Assembly: GCA_963850905.1 (NCBI GenBank)
Contig: CAWKMU010000003.1
Coordinates: forward strand, 2,624,001 to 2,688,000
Source of the DNA: an uncultured Gemmatimonadales bacterium
Lineage (GTDB): Bacteria > Gemmatimonadota > Gemmatimonadetes > Gemmatimonadales > Gemmatimonadaceae
Direction: 5' to 3'
DNA length: 64,000 nt
The notes under the pieces were generated by a model. It saw nothing but the letters and a program-made list of their open reading frames with translations, did no database searches and was not told the DNA's origin. Both the position numbers and the translations under genes were made by a program. Shown one piece after another: positions 50,759 to 60,056 of the stretch (position 1 is its first letter; each line of letters begins with the position of its first letter).

Positions 50759-51528
50759 TTCGCGAGCGCGCGCTCGCACTGCTACGGCAGGTCGCCTCTG
50801 GTGAGCTGCCACCGGAGCGCGCGCTGGCGTCGTTTGCGACCGAGCCAGTCGAAGCCTTGGGCTTCGCCACCGTCGATCACCACCGCGCGCTTCGGCAGGG
50901 CTATCCCGAGGTCATCTTCGCACCGGGCAAGACGCCCGCCCAGGCGGTCGAGATCGCAACCGTCCTGGCTGAGCGGGGTGAAGGGTTTCTCGTGACACGG
51001 GCGGACTCGGCGTGCCGTGCGGCGTTGGCCGCGCGGTTCCCGGCGGTGGACGTCAATGAGGTGGCCGGGACCGTCCATCTTGCGCCGCAGCACCCGCTCC
51101 CCATCGCGGGGCAGATCCTGGTCGTGACCGCAGGCACGAGTGACGCGTCGGTGGCCGAAGAGGCGGTAGTGACCGCGCGCGCACTCGGAAACAGCGTTAC
51201 TCGAGCGACCGACGTGGGCGTTGCGGGGCTCCACCGGATCGTCGCGCACCAGGAAGCGATGACGGAAGCCGATGTGATCATCGTGGTCGCCGGGATGGAC
51301 GGCGCGCTTCCCTCGGTCGTTGGCGGGCTCGTCGCGGTTCCCGTCATCGCCGTGCCTACGAGCGTTGGCTATGGCGCGAGCTTCGGCGGGGTGGCTGCTT
51401 TACTCGCCATGCTCAACAGTTGCGCCTCCGGAGTAACGGTCGTCAACATCGACAACGGGTTTGGGGCCGCGGTGGCCGCATCCCGGATCACTCACGCGCA
51501 TCTCCAATCACCCTCCTCGCCGTTGTAG
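50755..51528 (+). CDS. larB: Nickel-pincer cofactor biosynthesis carboxylase LarB (PurE-like)
   Basis: DHHRALRQGYPEVIFAPGKT, AGTSD, DVGVAGLHR, PTSVGYG, NSCASGVTVVNIDNGFGA. Confidence 0.92.
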   Translation: MIRERALALLRQVASGELPPERALASFATEPVEALGFATVDHHRALRQGYPEVIFAPGKTPAQAVEIATVLAERGEGFLVTRADSACRAALAARFPAVDVNEVAGTVHLAPQHPLPIAGQILVVTAGTSDASVAEEAVVTARALGNSVTRATDVGVAGLHRIVAHQEAMTEADVIIVVAGMDGALPSVVGGLVAVPVIAVPTSVGYGASFGGVAALLAMLNSCASGVTVVNIDNGFGAAVAASRITHAHLQSPSSPL

Positions 51529-53340
51529 CGATCGCAGCCGCCGCCTGTGCCGTAGTGGCGGCAGGGACCGCCTTCTGGCTGGCCCACAAGCTTCATCACA
51601 GCCGCGACCGGCTCGCGCGCGCTGAGCGCAAGAACGAAGGACTGAACAGCTTCGTCACGGAGCGGCGTCGAACGCCGGCGCGATCCCAGCCACCCATCGC
51701 CGCGGCGCGCCTGTCCACGCGCGTCACGGTTCGCGAGCAGGCCGCCTCGCCGCGCCCCGAGCTCACGCGTCCAGAGGAACTGCGGGGCTCGCTGCTGACC
51801 GACTATCTGACCGAGTTGCGGGAGCGGCTCGGGTCGGACGAGGTCATTCTGTGGCGGACGCGCCCCGACGGCCGGCTCATTCCCGCCGCGTGGTCGAGCC
51901 GCGTCTCCGGCGGACTCACGGCGAGCGAGCTGGGTCCTGGCACTGCGGAGAAGGTGCCACCGTGCTTCAGCTTCGATGCCTGGATGCCGCGGGTTGAGTG
52001 GGCTGCCACGCAGCACCTCTTTCAGCTCGAGCGCCGCGGCCCGGATGGGAAGATCTGGGACAACGAACGCTTGGGCGACGGCGCCGTTCTGGCACTGGCC
52101 GTGGCACCGATCGACGACGAGGTGCGGGGATATGCCGCCCTCAGTGCGTCGGCGACTCGGCGGTCTCAAGGCTGCCGAGGAGCAGGCCCGTGACTGGCTG
52201 ACGCGGTCGGCCGGCTACGCCGCGGAACTCGCCGACCTGATTCACACGCAGCGTCAGTCGGAGCGCCAGGTGCGCCAGGCGAACGTGCTGGTAAACTCGG
52301 CCAAGCTCTTTCAGGCAAAGCGGTCGGTGGAAGGCCTCGCCGAAAGTGTCTGTGCAGACGCGATTCAGATCACGGGCGGCGCCCGCGCGACGCTTGTGAA
52401 ATGGGACGTCGGGGCGCAATCGGGGTTCGTGCAGAGCGCCTCATCGGGGCATTCCGTCGAGCCGGGGCAGCAGGTCCTGGCCCAATCGCGGGTCGGCGAG
52501 ATGCTGACCGAGGACCAGGCGCAGGCCTGGGAGGATGCGCGCACGCTCGACCGGTCGGTCCCGATCTACGCGCCGGGAGAGACGCTCGCGTCGCCCGGCT
52601 CGCTGCTCGTCGTCCCGATGAAACAGGAAGGCCGCGTCGTCGGCGCTATCGTGGTCGAGGGCAACGAGCCATACGACATCATGGCTCGTGACGTCGGCAC
52701 CGTCCGCATGCTCGCCGCCATCGCCTCGGCCTCCCTCGATCAGTTGTGGCACATGGAGCGCGCCCAGCGCGCGTCGATCACCGATCAGCTGACTGGCCTC
52801 TACAACCGGCGCCATTTCGATCAGCAACTGCTGCTCATGTTGAGCCGTGCCGATCAGCGCAATGAGCCGCTCTCCCTCATCGTGGCCGACGTCGACCACT
52901 TCAAGCGTGTCAACGACACCTTCGGGCACGAGGCGGGGGATGCGGTGCTCCAAGCTGTCGCGGCCACCGTGCTGCGTCAGGTCCGCAACGGCGCGGAGGC
53001 CGATCTCTGTGCGCGCTACGGTGGCGAAGAAGTGGCGATCCTGTTGCCGGGATTGCCGGCACACGAGGCGGTGGAAGTCGCCGAACGGCTTCGGCGAACG
53101 CTGGCGGCAAAGCCGGTCGCGTATGCCGGTCAACGCATTGCGATTACCGCGTCCTTTGGCGTGGCCTGCTACCCGGAGACCGTGGCCGCGCACGCCGCGT
53201 TCTTCCCTGCGGCGGATCGCGCGTTGTACCAGGCCAAAGCCGGCGGGAGAAACTGCGTGAAGTCTGCCGGTGGAAGTGATGTCGACGCAGGAGCTTACGA
53301 TATCTCACGTCGAGCAAAGACTGGATCAGGCCGGGGTTGA
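51420..53340 (+). CDS. Membrane-anchored GAF-GGDEF diguanylate cyclase; start uncertain, frameshift ~52165
   Basis: N-terminal TM; GAF-like SLLVVPM...VVGAIVV; TDQLTGLYNRR, DVDHFKRVNDTFGHEAGD, RYGGEEV, ADRALYQAK. Confidence 0.88.
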
Positions 53341-53364
53341 CCCGTGCCGGCCGGGGGCTAGCTT
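53337..53364 (+). promoter_or_regulatory. Sigma70-type promoter of tmRNA
   Basis: TTGACC-N16-TAGCTT. Confidence 0.65.
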
Positions 53365-53377
53365 TCGTCTGGTAATT

Positions 53378-53732
53378 GGGGGCGAACTAGGCTCGACATG
53401 TGTTGTGACGTCTGTGCGGCGTGCCCAGGTGCTCGAGACCCTGGTTAAACACTCGGGAAAACCACAAAAGCCAACAACAACCTGGCTCTGGCTGCGTAAC
53501 TTCGGTTGCGTGCCTTGCCGCTGAGAAAGCCCGCCCGGGGCGGTCACAGCGGTATCGGAAATCTGGGCTAGCTCGATGTCGCGTTCTCCGGCAGCGAGCG
53601 AAACTTTAGAGAGCTTGTTCAGTCGTGGGTTGCTCACTGACCAGCGGCTGGAGACCTCAACTGGTGAGCTACGCACGTAGTCGCATTGGCAGATCGACGG
53701 CATGGACCGGGGGGCAGTACCCCGCGCCTCCA
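53378..53732 (+). ncRNA. ssrA: tmRNA, one-piece; tag (A)ANNNLALAA at 53470-53499; CCA not encoded
   Basis: 5' GGGGGCG...GGCTCGAC; 3' GGAC-CGGGG-GGCAGTA-CCCCG-CGCCTCC-A; G3.U wobble in the acceptor stem; tag ends LALAA-TAA. Confidence 0.93.
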
Positions 53733-53749
53733 TCGGCGTTGCACGCCGA

Positions 53750-53906
53750 TAGAGAGTAGAAACGCAGAAAGTAGAAAGTAGGGGAGCCGGTCCTCGTTAG
53801 GGGTCGGCTCCTCGCCCTTTTCAGCGTCTGGAGCCTGCGCTCGGCGCCGCCGTCGAGGTTTGTAGCCGACGTCTACTTTCTACTTTCTGTAGGTCTACTC
53901 TCTAGC
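53750..53906. repeat. Inverted pair of (AAAGTAG)-type heptamer arms enclosing the probable tmRNA terminator (53781-53821)
   Basis: tagagagtagaaacgcagaaagtagaaagtag ... ctactttctactttctgtaggtctactctcta; inner stem GGGGAGCCGG.../...TCGGCTCCTC then TTTT. Confidence 0.85.
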
Positions 53907-54001
53907 CGCGCCCCCGGGCGCGGCTCGGCGTCTCCTTTCTCCTTTCCCCTCTCTCCTTTCCACCGCGTGGCGCAACCGCCACGCGGTTCGTCTACTAAGT
54001 C

Positions 54002-55933
54002 GTGAAGAGTTGGAGTATCGCGACACGCGTCGCAGCGGCCGTGGCGATCATCGTCGTGCTCGGGCTCGGGGCGTCCGGCGTGCTGGCCTGGCGCGCAACC
54101 GACCGCCGCATACTGGCGCTGGAACTCCGCGAAGCACAGGACCGAGTCGCCGTCAACGTGGCCACGGCGCGCGCGCTGTTCGACGTCCAATTCCCCGGCC
54201 CGTGGCGACTCCTCCCCGCCGGCCCGCGCGACAGCGCCGTCGACATGTACAACGCGAACATGCGGCTGGAGGCGTATCGCCTCCGGACGGTGCTGGGCAG
54301 TCACCTGTACAAGGGATCGGTCCCGATCCTGGATAACCCCGACGTCGAGCGTGGGTTGCTGGAGATCGGCCGCCTGACCGGGACGGAGCTCACGATCGCC
54401 CAGCGGATCGGCCCGTTGGCATCGTCCGATCCGACGGTGGGCGCGCTACCAATGGGGCGCGCGCTCCGGCTTGCGACGACGGTGACCCGGATCAACGCGG
54501 AGGGCGATTCGATCCGGGTGACCCGCACGATCATGCCGATGCGCGATGTCGAAACCGGAGTGCGGATCGCCGCCGGCATGGTCATTGGGTCGAGTGCGAC
54601 CTATGACGGACGTGCGCTCGAGGCGGGCGCCGATCGCTGGACCCGGTACGAACCGATCACCGGATCGGACGGCGCCGTCATCGGGATCTTCTATGGAGGC
54701 ATCCCATTCGCTCCGTTCGAGAACCAGGCGCACGCTGCGTCGGCGGAAGTGGCGCGATGGATCGGAGTCTCCGGACTGCTGGTGGCCACGATTGCCTGTG
54801 TCTTGCTGTTTCATCTCATTCGCCGTTTCCTCCTTCCGGTGCGCACGATCCGCGATGCCGCGCTGCGCATTGCCGCAGGACAGTTGAATGCCCGGAGCTC
54901 GATCGGCGGAGCCGGTGAGATCGCTGACCTGGGACAAGCGTTCGACGGGATGGCCGCACAGCTGCAAGCGGTGAACGAGCGCGTCGTGACGGCGACCGAG
55001 CAACTCACGGCTTCGAGCCGCCAGGTCGACACGGCGGTGGCAGCGGCGGCGACCGCGACGCAACAGGTGGCGCGGTCGATTGGCGAGGTCTCGCACGGTG
55101 CGGCGGAGTCAGCGAGTCGCGTGGATGAAGCGACCAAGCAATCGCACCACGCGATGGCTCACGTTCAGGCGATCGACGCCGAGGTAGCCCGGGCACTGGG
55201 CGAGGCACGATCGGCGGAGGCGCTGGCGTCGGAGGGACACGCGCAGGTCTCGCGCAGCCTGGCCGTGAGCGAAGGTGTGCGCACCGCTGTCGGGCGGGCG
55301 CGGCACGTCATGGGTGAGCTCGACCAGCAGGCTGGCCAGATCGAGACCATCGTCGCGATGATCAAGCGGATCGCGTCTCAGACCAATCTGCTCGCGCTCA
55401 ACGCGGCGATTGAAGCGGCTCGCGCCGGGGACGCCGGCCGTGGGTTTGCGGTCGTCGCTGGCGAGGTGCGCGCCCTTGCCGATGAGGTCAGGAAGTCATC
55501 GGAGAACATCGGGGCGATCGTCCTGGAAACCAAGACACGCACGGCCGGCGCTGCGACCTTGATGGGCGAGGTCGAGGTGGAGACGCAGGCCGGCGCCGAC
55601 GCGGCGCGCTTGAGCGATGCGGCCTTCCGGAGCATCAGCACGGCGATCGAGCACCTGAGTGCGCAGATCACTGCGATCAAGGCGGCGGCCGACGCGGTGG
55701 CAATAGCGATGGGTCAGGTCGACGGTGCGATCGCGGGTGTGGCCGCTATTGCGCAGCAAAGCGCCGCGACCAGCCAGGAAGTCTCGGCGCTCGCGCAAGA
55801 GCAGAGTGCCACGTTCGCAGAGATCACGCACGAGATCCACGATGTCTCCAAGATGGCGGAGGAGCTGCGCACCGTCGTGGTCGGCGCCGCCGCTCGCGAG
55901 GGCTATAGCGTGCCCCGGGGGCGCGCGGCGTAG
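54002..55933 (+). CDS. Methyl-accepting chemotaxis protein (Cache sensor, HAMP, MA)
   Basis: Two TMs; [18 protein letters not shown] (Cache-type); [12 protein letters not shown] (HAMP); [37 protein letters not shown]. Confidence 0.95.
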   Translation: MKSWSIATRVAAAVAIIVVLGLGASGVLAWRATDRRILALELREAQDRVAVNVATARALFDVQFPGPWRLLPAGPRDSAVDMYNANMRLEAYRLRTVLGSHLYKGSVPILDNPDVERGLLEIGRLTGTELTIAQRIGPLASSDPTVGALPMGRALRLATTVTRINAEGDSIRVTRTIMPMRDVETGVRIAAGMVIGSSATYDGRALEAGADRWTRYEPITGSDGAVIGIFYGGIPFAPFENQAHAASAEVARWIGVSGLLVATIACVLLFHLIRRFLLPVRTIRDAALRIAAGQLNARSSIGGAGEIADLGQAFDGMAAQLQAVNERVVTATEQLTASSRQVDTAVAAAATATQQVARSIGEVSHGAAESASRVDEATKQSHHAMAHVQAIDAEVARALGEARSAEALASEGHAQVSRSLAVSEGVRTAVGRARHVMGELDQQAGQIETIVAMIKRIASQTNLLALNAAIEAARAGDAGRGFAVVAGEVRALADEVRKSSENIGAIVLETKTRTAGAATLMGEVEVETQAGADAARLSDAAFRSISTAIEHLSAQITAIKAAADAVAIAMGQVDGAIAGVAAIAQQSAATSQEVSALAQEQSATFAEITHEIHDVSKMAEELRTVVVGAAAREGYSVPRGRAA

Positions 55934-55936
55934 CAC

Positions 55937-55965
55937 TTGCCACACCTGTGCCTCGGGGCTAGCTT
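55937..55965 (+). promoter_or_regulatory. Sigma70-type promoter of tRNA-fMet
   Basis: TTGCCA-N17-TAGCTT. Confidence 0.65.
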
Positions 55966-55976
55966 AGCCCATCTGG

Positions 55977-56050
<74 letters not shown>

Positions 56051-56074
56051 CTGGTGCAGGAATAGCATGTGACA

Positions 56075-56108
56075 GCGGCCGGCCCCAAGGGGCCGGCCGC
56101 GTGTTTAT
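56075..56108 (+). terminator. Terminator after tRNA-fMet
   Basis: GCGGCCGGCCCC-aa-GGGGCCGGCCGC followed by gtgtttat. Confidence 0.6.
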
Positions 56109-56116
56109 GTGGGCTT

Positions 56117-56216
56117 AGACGCTGGACGCTGGAGAACAAATCTCGGAGTCCAGCTACATGCACGAGGGCCGTCCCAGAGGTTGTCTTCCAGCGCCAACGT
56201 CCAGCGTCCAGCGTCC
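56117..56216. repeat. Second inverted (TGGACG(C/T))n heptamer element
   Basis: Left arm agacgctggacgctggagaacaaatct nearly equals an arm of the 5305-5420 element; right arm ccagcgccaacgtccagcgtccagcgtcc; interior differs. Confidence 0.82.
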
Positions 56217-56217
56217 C

Positions 56218-56910
56218 ATGAGCGCATCCGATAATTTCCGCATCCCAGTGATCGGCGCCGAGGACGTGTCGGCAGTTGTTGAACATCCGAGCGACGCGCG
56301 CTGCATGCTGGTGTTGGCGCACGGCGCGGGGGCGGGGATGCGGCACCCCTTTCTCGAGACGCTGGTCCGGGAGTTGGCGGCCGCGCGCGTTGCCACGCTC
56401 CGCTATCAGTTCCCGTACATGGAGCAGCGGCGGCGCGTGCCGGATCCGCCGAGCGTGCTCACCGCAACCGTCGGTGCCGCCGTGCGCGAGGCGCTGGGCA
56501 TCGCGCACGGTCTCCCGGTCTTCGCGGGAGGCAAGTCAATGGGCGGCCGGATGACGTCGCTCGCTGCGTCGGAGGGGTGGACGCCCGGCCTGCAGGGGCT
56601 CGCGTTCTTTGGCTTCCCGCTGCACCCGCCCAACCGACCCGGCACGCAACGCGCCGATCACCTCACGCGCGTGCACTTGCCGATGCTATTCCTGCAGGGC
56701 ACGCGCGATCAATTCGCGGAGCTCGAGTTGCTGCAACCCATCTGCGAGGGACTCGGCCCGCTCGTGACGCTCCATATCATCGATGACGCCGACCACTCGT
56801 TCCACGTTCCAAAGCGATCGGGCAAGACGGATCTCGAGGTGCTCCGGGAATTGGTCGACACGTTTGTGAAATGGACGGGGTCCCTTGAGCCCGGCGGCTC
56901 GAGCCGTTGA
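56218..56910 (+). CDS. Alpha/beta hydrolase (KANL3/Tex30-like)
   Basis: LAHGAGAGM, GGKSMGGR, FPLHPP, QGTRD, ADHSF. Confidence 0.88.
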   Translation: MSASDNFRIPVIGAEDVSAVVEHPSDARCMLVLAHGAGAGMRHPFLETLVRELAAARVATLRYQFPYMEQRRRVPDPPSVLTATVGAAVREALGIAHGLPVFAGGKSMGGRMTSLAASEGWTPGLQGLAFFGFPLHPPNRPGTQRADHLTRVHLPMLFLQGTRDQFAELELLQPICEGLGPLVTLHIIDDADHSFHVPKRSGKTDLEVLRELVDTFVKWTGSLEPGGSSR

Positions 56911-57032
56911 GTCTCCTTGCTGCCTTCACGCCGCTCGCTGCACGCGCCGCGTTAGCGTCCGTCAGGGCAATTGCGAAGCGGCGCCGGACGTCGCGAACTT
57001 TAAGGTGACCTCGACGAGCCGGAGCGCAGCGG

Positions 57033-59906
57033 ATGGAACGCCCCTCTCGACCAAGGCTCGTGTTGGGCTCCACCGTGCGGTGGTATGTCGGCGTCCTGGC
57101 TGCCGCACTGGCGCAAACGAGTGCCGGGGTCGGCTTGTTGCGCGCGCAGGATTCGAGTCTCCGCCGGCCGGCGACCCCCGAGGTCAGTGGTAATCAGGCA
57201 CAAACGGCCGGACCGCTCTTCTTCACCGACACCGCGGCTGATGGCCGTTGGGTCGATGCGCACGACGCCCCGGTTCTCCAGCGGCCGGTATCGATCACAC
57301 TGGTTGGAGTCCCGCTCGACAAAGCGCTCGAGGGGATCGCCAAGGAAGCTGGTGTAACGCTGAGCTATACGCCCGAGCTCCTCCCGCTCGGTGCCCGTAT
57401 CTCGATCAAGGCCGACAGCGCGACCTTGGTCGCCGTGCTGGCCCAGGCTCTTTCCAACGCCGGAGAGGACGTGCTCGTGAGCGCGAGCGGCGACTTGACG
57501 CTCGTTCCGCATTCGGTGGTCCTCGAGGGTGCCGACTCCTCGCGCGTGGTTACCGGCACGGTCCTCGATGTAGAGAATGGGGAACCCGTGCCCTACGCCA
57601 CGGTTGCCCTGTTGGGAACGGACCACGCACGGTTTGCCGACGGCGCCGGTCACTTCCGTCTGACCAGGATAAGGCCCAGAGCGTACCGGCTCCGTGCTCG
57701 CCAGATCGGCTACGAGCCCGTGGACACGACGGTGGCGATCGGTCAAGGCCCATCGGTGGTGACGATCACGCTGCGGATGCACCGTATCCCCACCTTGCTC
57801 GGCGCGGTCACGGTCACCGGTCGCCAGGGTGGCGGATGCGTGGCGACTGGTATTCCAGACTCCAAGGTCGACCCGACATTGGCAGCGATCTTCGGTCAGG
57901 TTCGTGAGAACGTCGACCGCACGCGGCTCCTCGCTGAGCAGTACCCCTTCCGGTACACTCGGGAAGAGCGCCGGATCATCCGGCGAAGCCCCGGCGGCGA
58001 TTCGACCGACTACATCGATAGTCTCTCGTACGAGTCTCGAGCCCGTCAGCCGTATGAGATCGGCGACGTCGTGTTTTATCGCCTCGATACAGTGTTCCAT
58101 CGAGCCGGTCCCGGCGACGTACCGAGGCCCGTGACCCGGCGCCACATGTACCTCCCGGTCTTCACCGACCTGGCGGACTCGGCGTTCCTCGCGGCGCATT
58201 GCTTCCACGTGGGCGCGATGGAGCGCGATCAGAATGGCCCCACGTTGTTCCGCATTGATTTCGAGCCGGCGAAGCGCATTCGGTCTCCAGATATCCAAGG
58301 GTCGATCTATATCGACGCCCGCGACCTGCTCGTACGGCGGGCGTTCTTCGCGTTGACCAGACCGGAGGCGGCCAAACCACCGCTCATCAACTTCGCGGTG
58401 ACCACGACATTCCGCCCGATCATCCCGCTCGTTCCACTCGTCGACTCCATGGGGTCGCAGCAATTGGTCGGTACGACAGATGGCCTGGTGAATCCCCGGC
58501 GTGAGGTCAGTCGCCTCGCGCTCACGACCGATCGCATGATCCGGGTCTCCTTCGAGCGGGAAACGCCCGATGCCGGCGTCAGTCCGGCCAGCGTGGCCGC
58601 GAGCTCCGGGCCGGCCCGACCGCCTTCGCGCCCGGCAGACTCCAGTGCACGCGCCGACCGGAGTGGCATCACGCGCGTCCGTGCGGTGTTCCCCCCAGAC
58701 CCATCCTGCAGAGTCGAGCCGCCGTCCGATACGATCGCGCAACTGGTCTACGCCACGCTTGACGGTCCGCGGCCGGCCGGTCTGCGACAATCCGTATGGT
58801 CGCGGTATGTCGGCGATGTCCTCGCGGCCCTGCGCCGGTCGTTCGTGCTGCCCGACGATCTGACGCTCCAGGCTTTCAGCCGACCGTTCCCGATCGCGAC
58901 ATCGCAAAGCGTCGCGCGTGACGGCCTCGGCGTCGGGGACTCGCCAGCGGACAGCGGCGGCGTCACCATCGCTGCCATGATGCCGCGGGCGTCGAGCGAC
59001 TCGTCGGGCACGCTGCTTGGCGTCGTGATGGGAGTAGGGCGGGGGGACGGTATCGGGCGGCCCCTGCCGTTCGCGAGCGTCTGGCTCGCCGGCACGAGTG
59101 AGCGCGTGACCGACTCGGCGGGGACTTGGCGCGTCGCTCGGCTCGCTCCGGGCACCTATGCTGTGCGTGTGCGGCAGCTCGGGTTTGCGGTGAAGGACAC
59201 CACCATCGCGATCCGCGGCGGCTCGTCGGTGACCATCGACACCATTCGCCTATCCCCGGCGTCCCTGCGCTCTGGCGCGCTATTCGGCCCGGGCGGTCGT
59301 CCTGCGTTGTACGTCGCGCCTACGCTGTCTACCAGCATCGCACTGACACTCGGCGCCAACGGATCGGTGCAGGACGCGCGCCTTGTCGCGTCATCGGGGT
59401 CCGGTACGGCAGACACGCTGGTGCTCGCGGCGATCGAGCGCGCGGCCGCGCGTCATGAGTTTCCTGTAATCGATTCGACCGGGGAGCGGCCGGGTGTCGC
59501 GACATTTGATCTCGTCGTCTCGTTGGACCAGCCGAGTACCGAGCAAGCCGTCACACTGGGACGCGTCGAAGAGCCGGCCTGGCCATGGGAGCACGAGGCT
59601 GCCCTGAACAAGCGCCTGCGGCAACCCAACATCTTCGGCAACATTGCCGCGGGCGACCCGGCAGCCGACACCGCGAATTTCGAGTTCGTAGTTGACGCGC
59701 GTGGCCGCGTGATCCCCTCGACTGCCCGTACCCTTCGCACGGGGTCTGAAGCCGCCCGTCGTGCACCCGACTCGCGCCTCGAAACACGGGTGCTGCAGTC
59801 ACTCGCGCGCTTTTATTTCACGCCTGCCGTGGTTGCGACCTGCCCCGTGTCGCAGTTGATGAAACAGGGTTTCGGCTACTCCATTCATCCCGACAGCGCG
59901 CGATAG
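57033..59906 (+). CDS. Large exported multidomain protein: STN, two carboxypeptidase-regulatory-like domains, TolA/TonB C-terminal-like domains
   Basis: Signal peptide; LQRPVSITLVGVPLDKALEGIAKEAGVTLSY; VTGTVLD...PVPYATV...ARQIGY; VTDSAGTWR...PGTYAVRVRQLGF; NGSVQDARLVASSG; FVVDARGRV...FTPA. Confidence 0.75.
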   Translation: MERPSRPRLVLGSTVRWYVGVLAAALAQTSAGVGLLRAQDSSLRRPATPEVSGNQAQTAGPLFFTDTAADGRWVDAHDAPVLQRPVSITLVGVPLDKALEGIAKEAGVTLSYTPELLPLGARISIKADSATLVAVLAQALSNAGEDVLVSASGDLTLVPHSVVLEGADSSRVVTGTVLDVENGEPVPYATVALLGTDHARFADGAGHFRLTRIRPRAYRLRARQIGYEPVDTTVAIGQGPSVVTITLRMHRIPTLLGAVTVTGRQGGGCVATGIPDSKVDPTLAAIFGQVRENVDRTRLLAEQYPFRYTREERRIIRRSPGGDSTDYIDSLSYESRARQPYEIGDVVFYRLDTVFHRAGPGDVPRPVTRRHMYLPVFTDLADSAFLAAHCFHVGAMERDQNGPTLFRIDFEPAKRIRSPDIQGSIYIDARDLLVRRAFFALTRPEAAKPPLINFAVTTTFRPIIPLVPLVDSMGSQQLVGTTDGLVNPRREVSRLALTTDRMIRVSFERETPDAGVSPASVAASSGPARPPSRPADSSARADRSGITRVRAVFPPDPSCRVEPPSDTIAQLVYATLDGPRPAGLRQSVWSRYVGDVLAALRRSFVLPDDLTLQAFSRPFPIATSQSVARDGLGVGDSPADSGGVTIAAMMPRASSDSSGTLLGVVMGVGRGDGIGRPLPFASVWLAGTSERVTDSAGTWRVARLAPGTYAVRVRQLGFAVKDTTIAIRGGSSVTIDTIRLSPASLRSGALFGPGGRPALYVAPTLSTSIALTLGANGSVQDARLVASSGSGTADTLVLAAIERAAARHEFPVIDSTGERPGVATFDLVVSLDQPSTEQAVTLGRVEEPAWPWEHEAALNKRLRQPNIFGNIAAGDPAADTANFEFVVDARGRVIPSTARTLRTGSEAARRAPDSRLETRVLQSLARFYFTPAVVATCPVSQLMKQGFGYSIHPDSAR

Positions 59907-60056
59907 CTCGAGGCAGCCCGGGGCCGGCCGCCGGTGAGCGGGGCATCGTCGGTGCCAACTTGCCGGGGCGGGTGACGCGCTCGATCTTCTCCACTGCTCG
60001 GCCGCCCCACGCGGCCGCGGCGTTGGCATCGTGTCGTCATCGATTGGAGGAACGCC

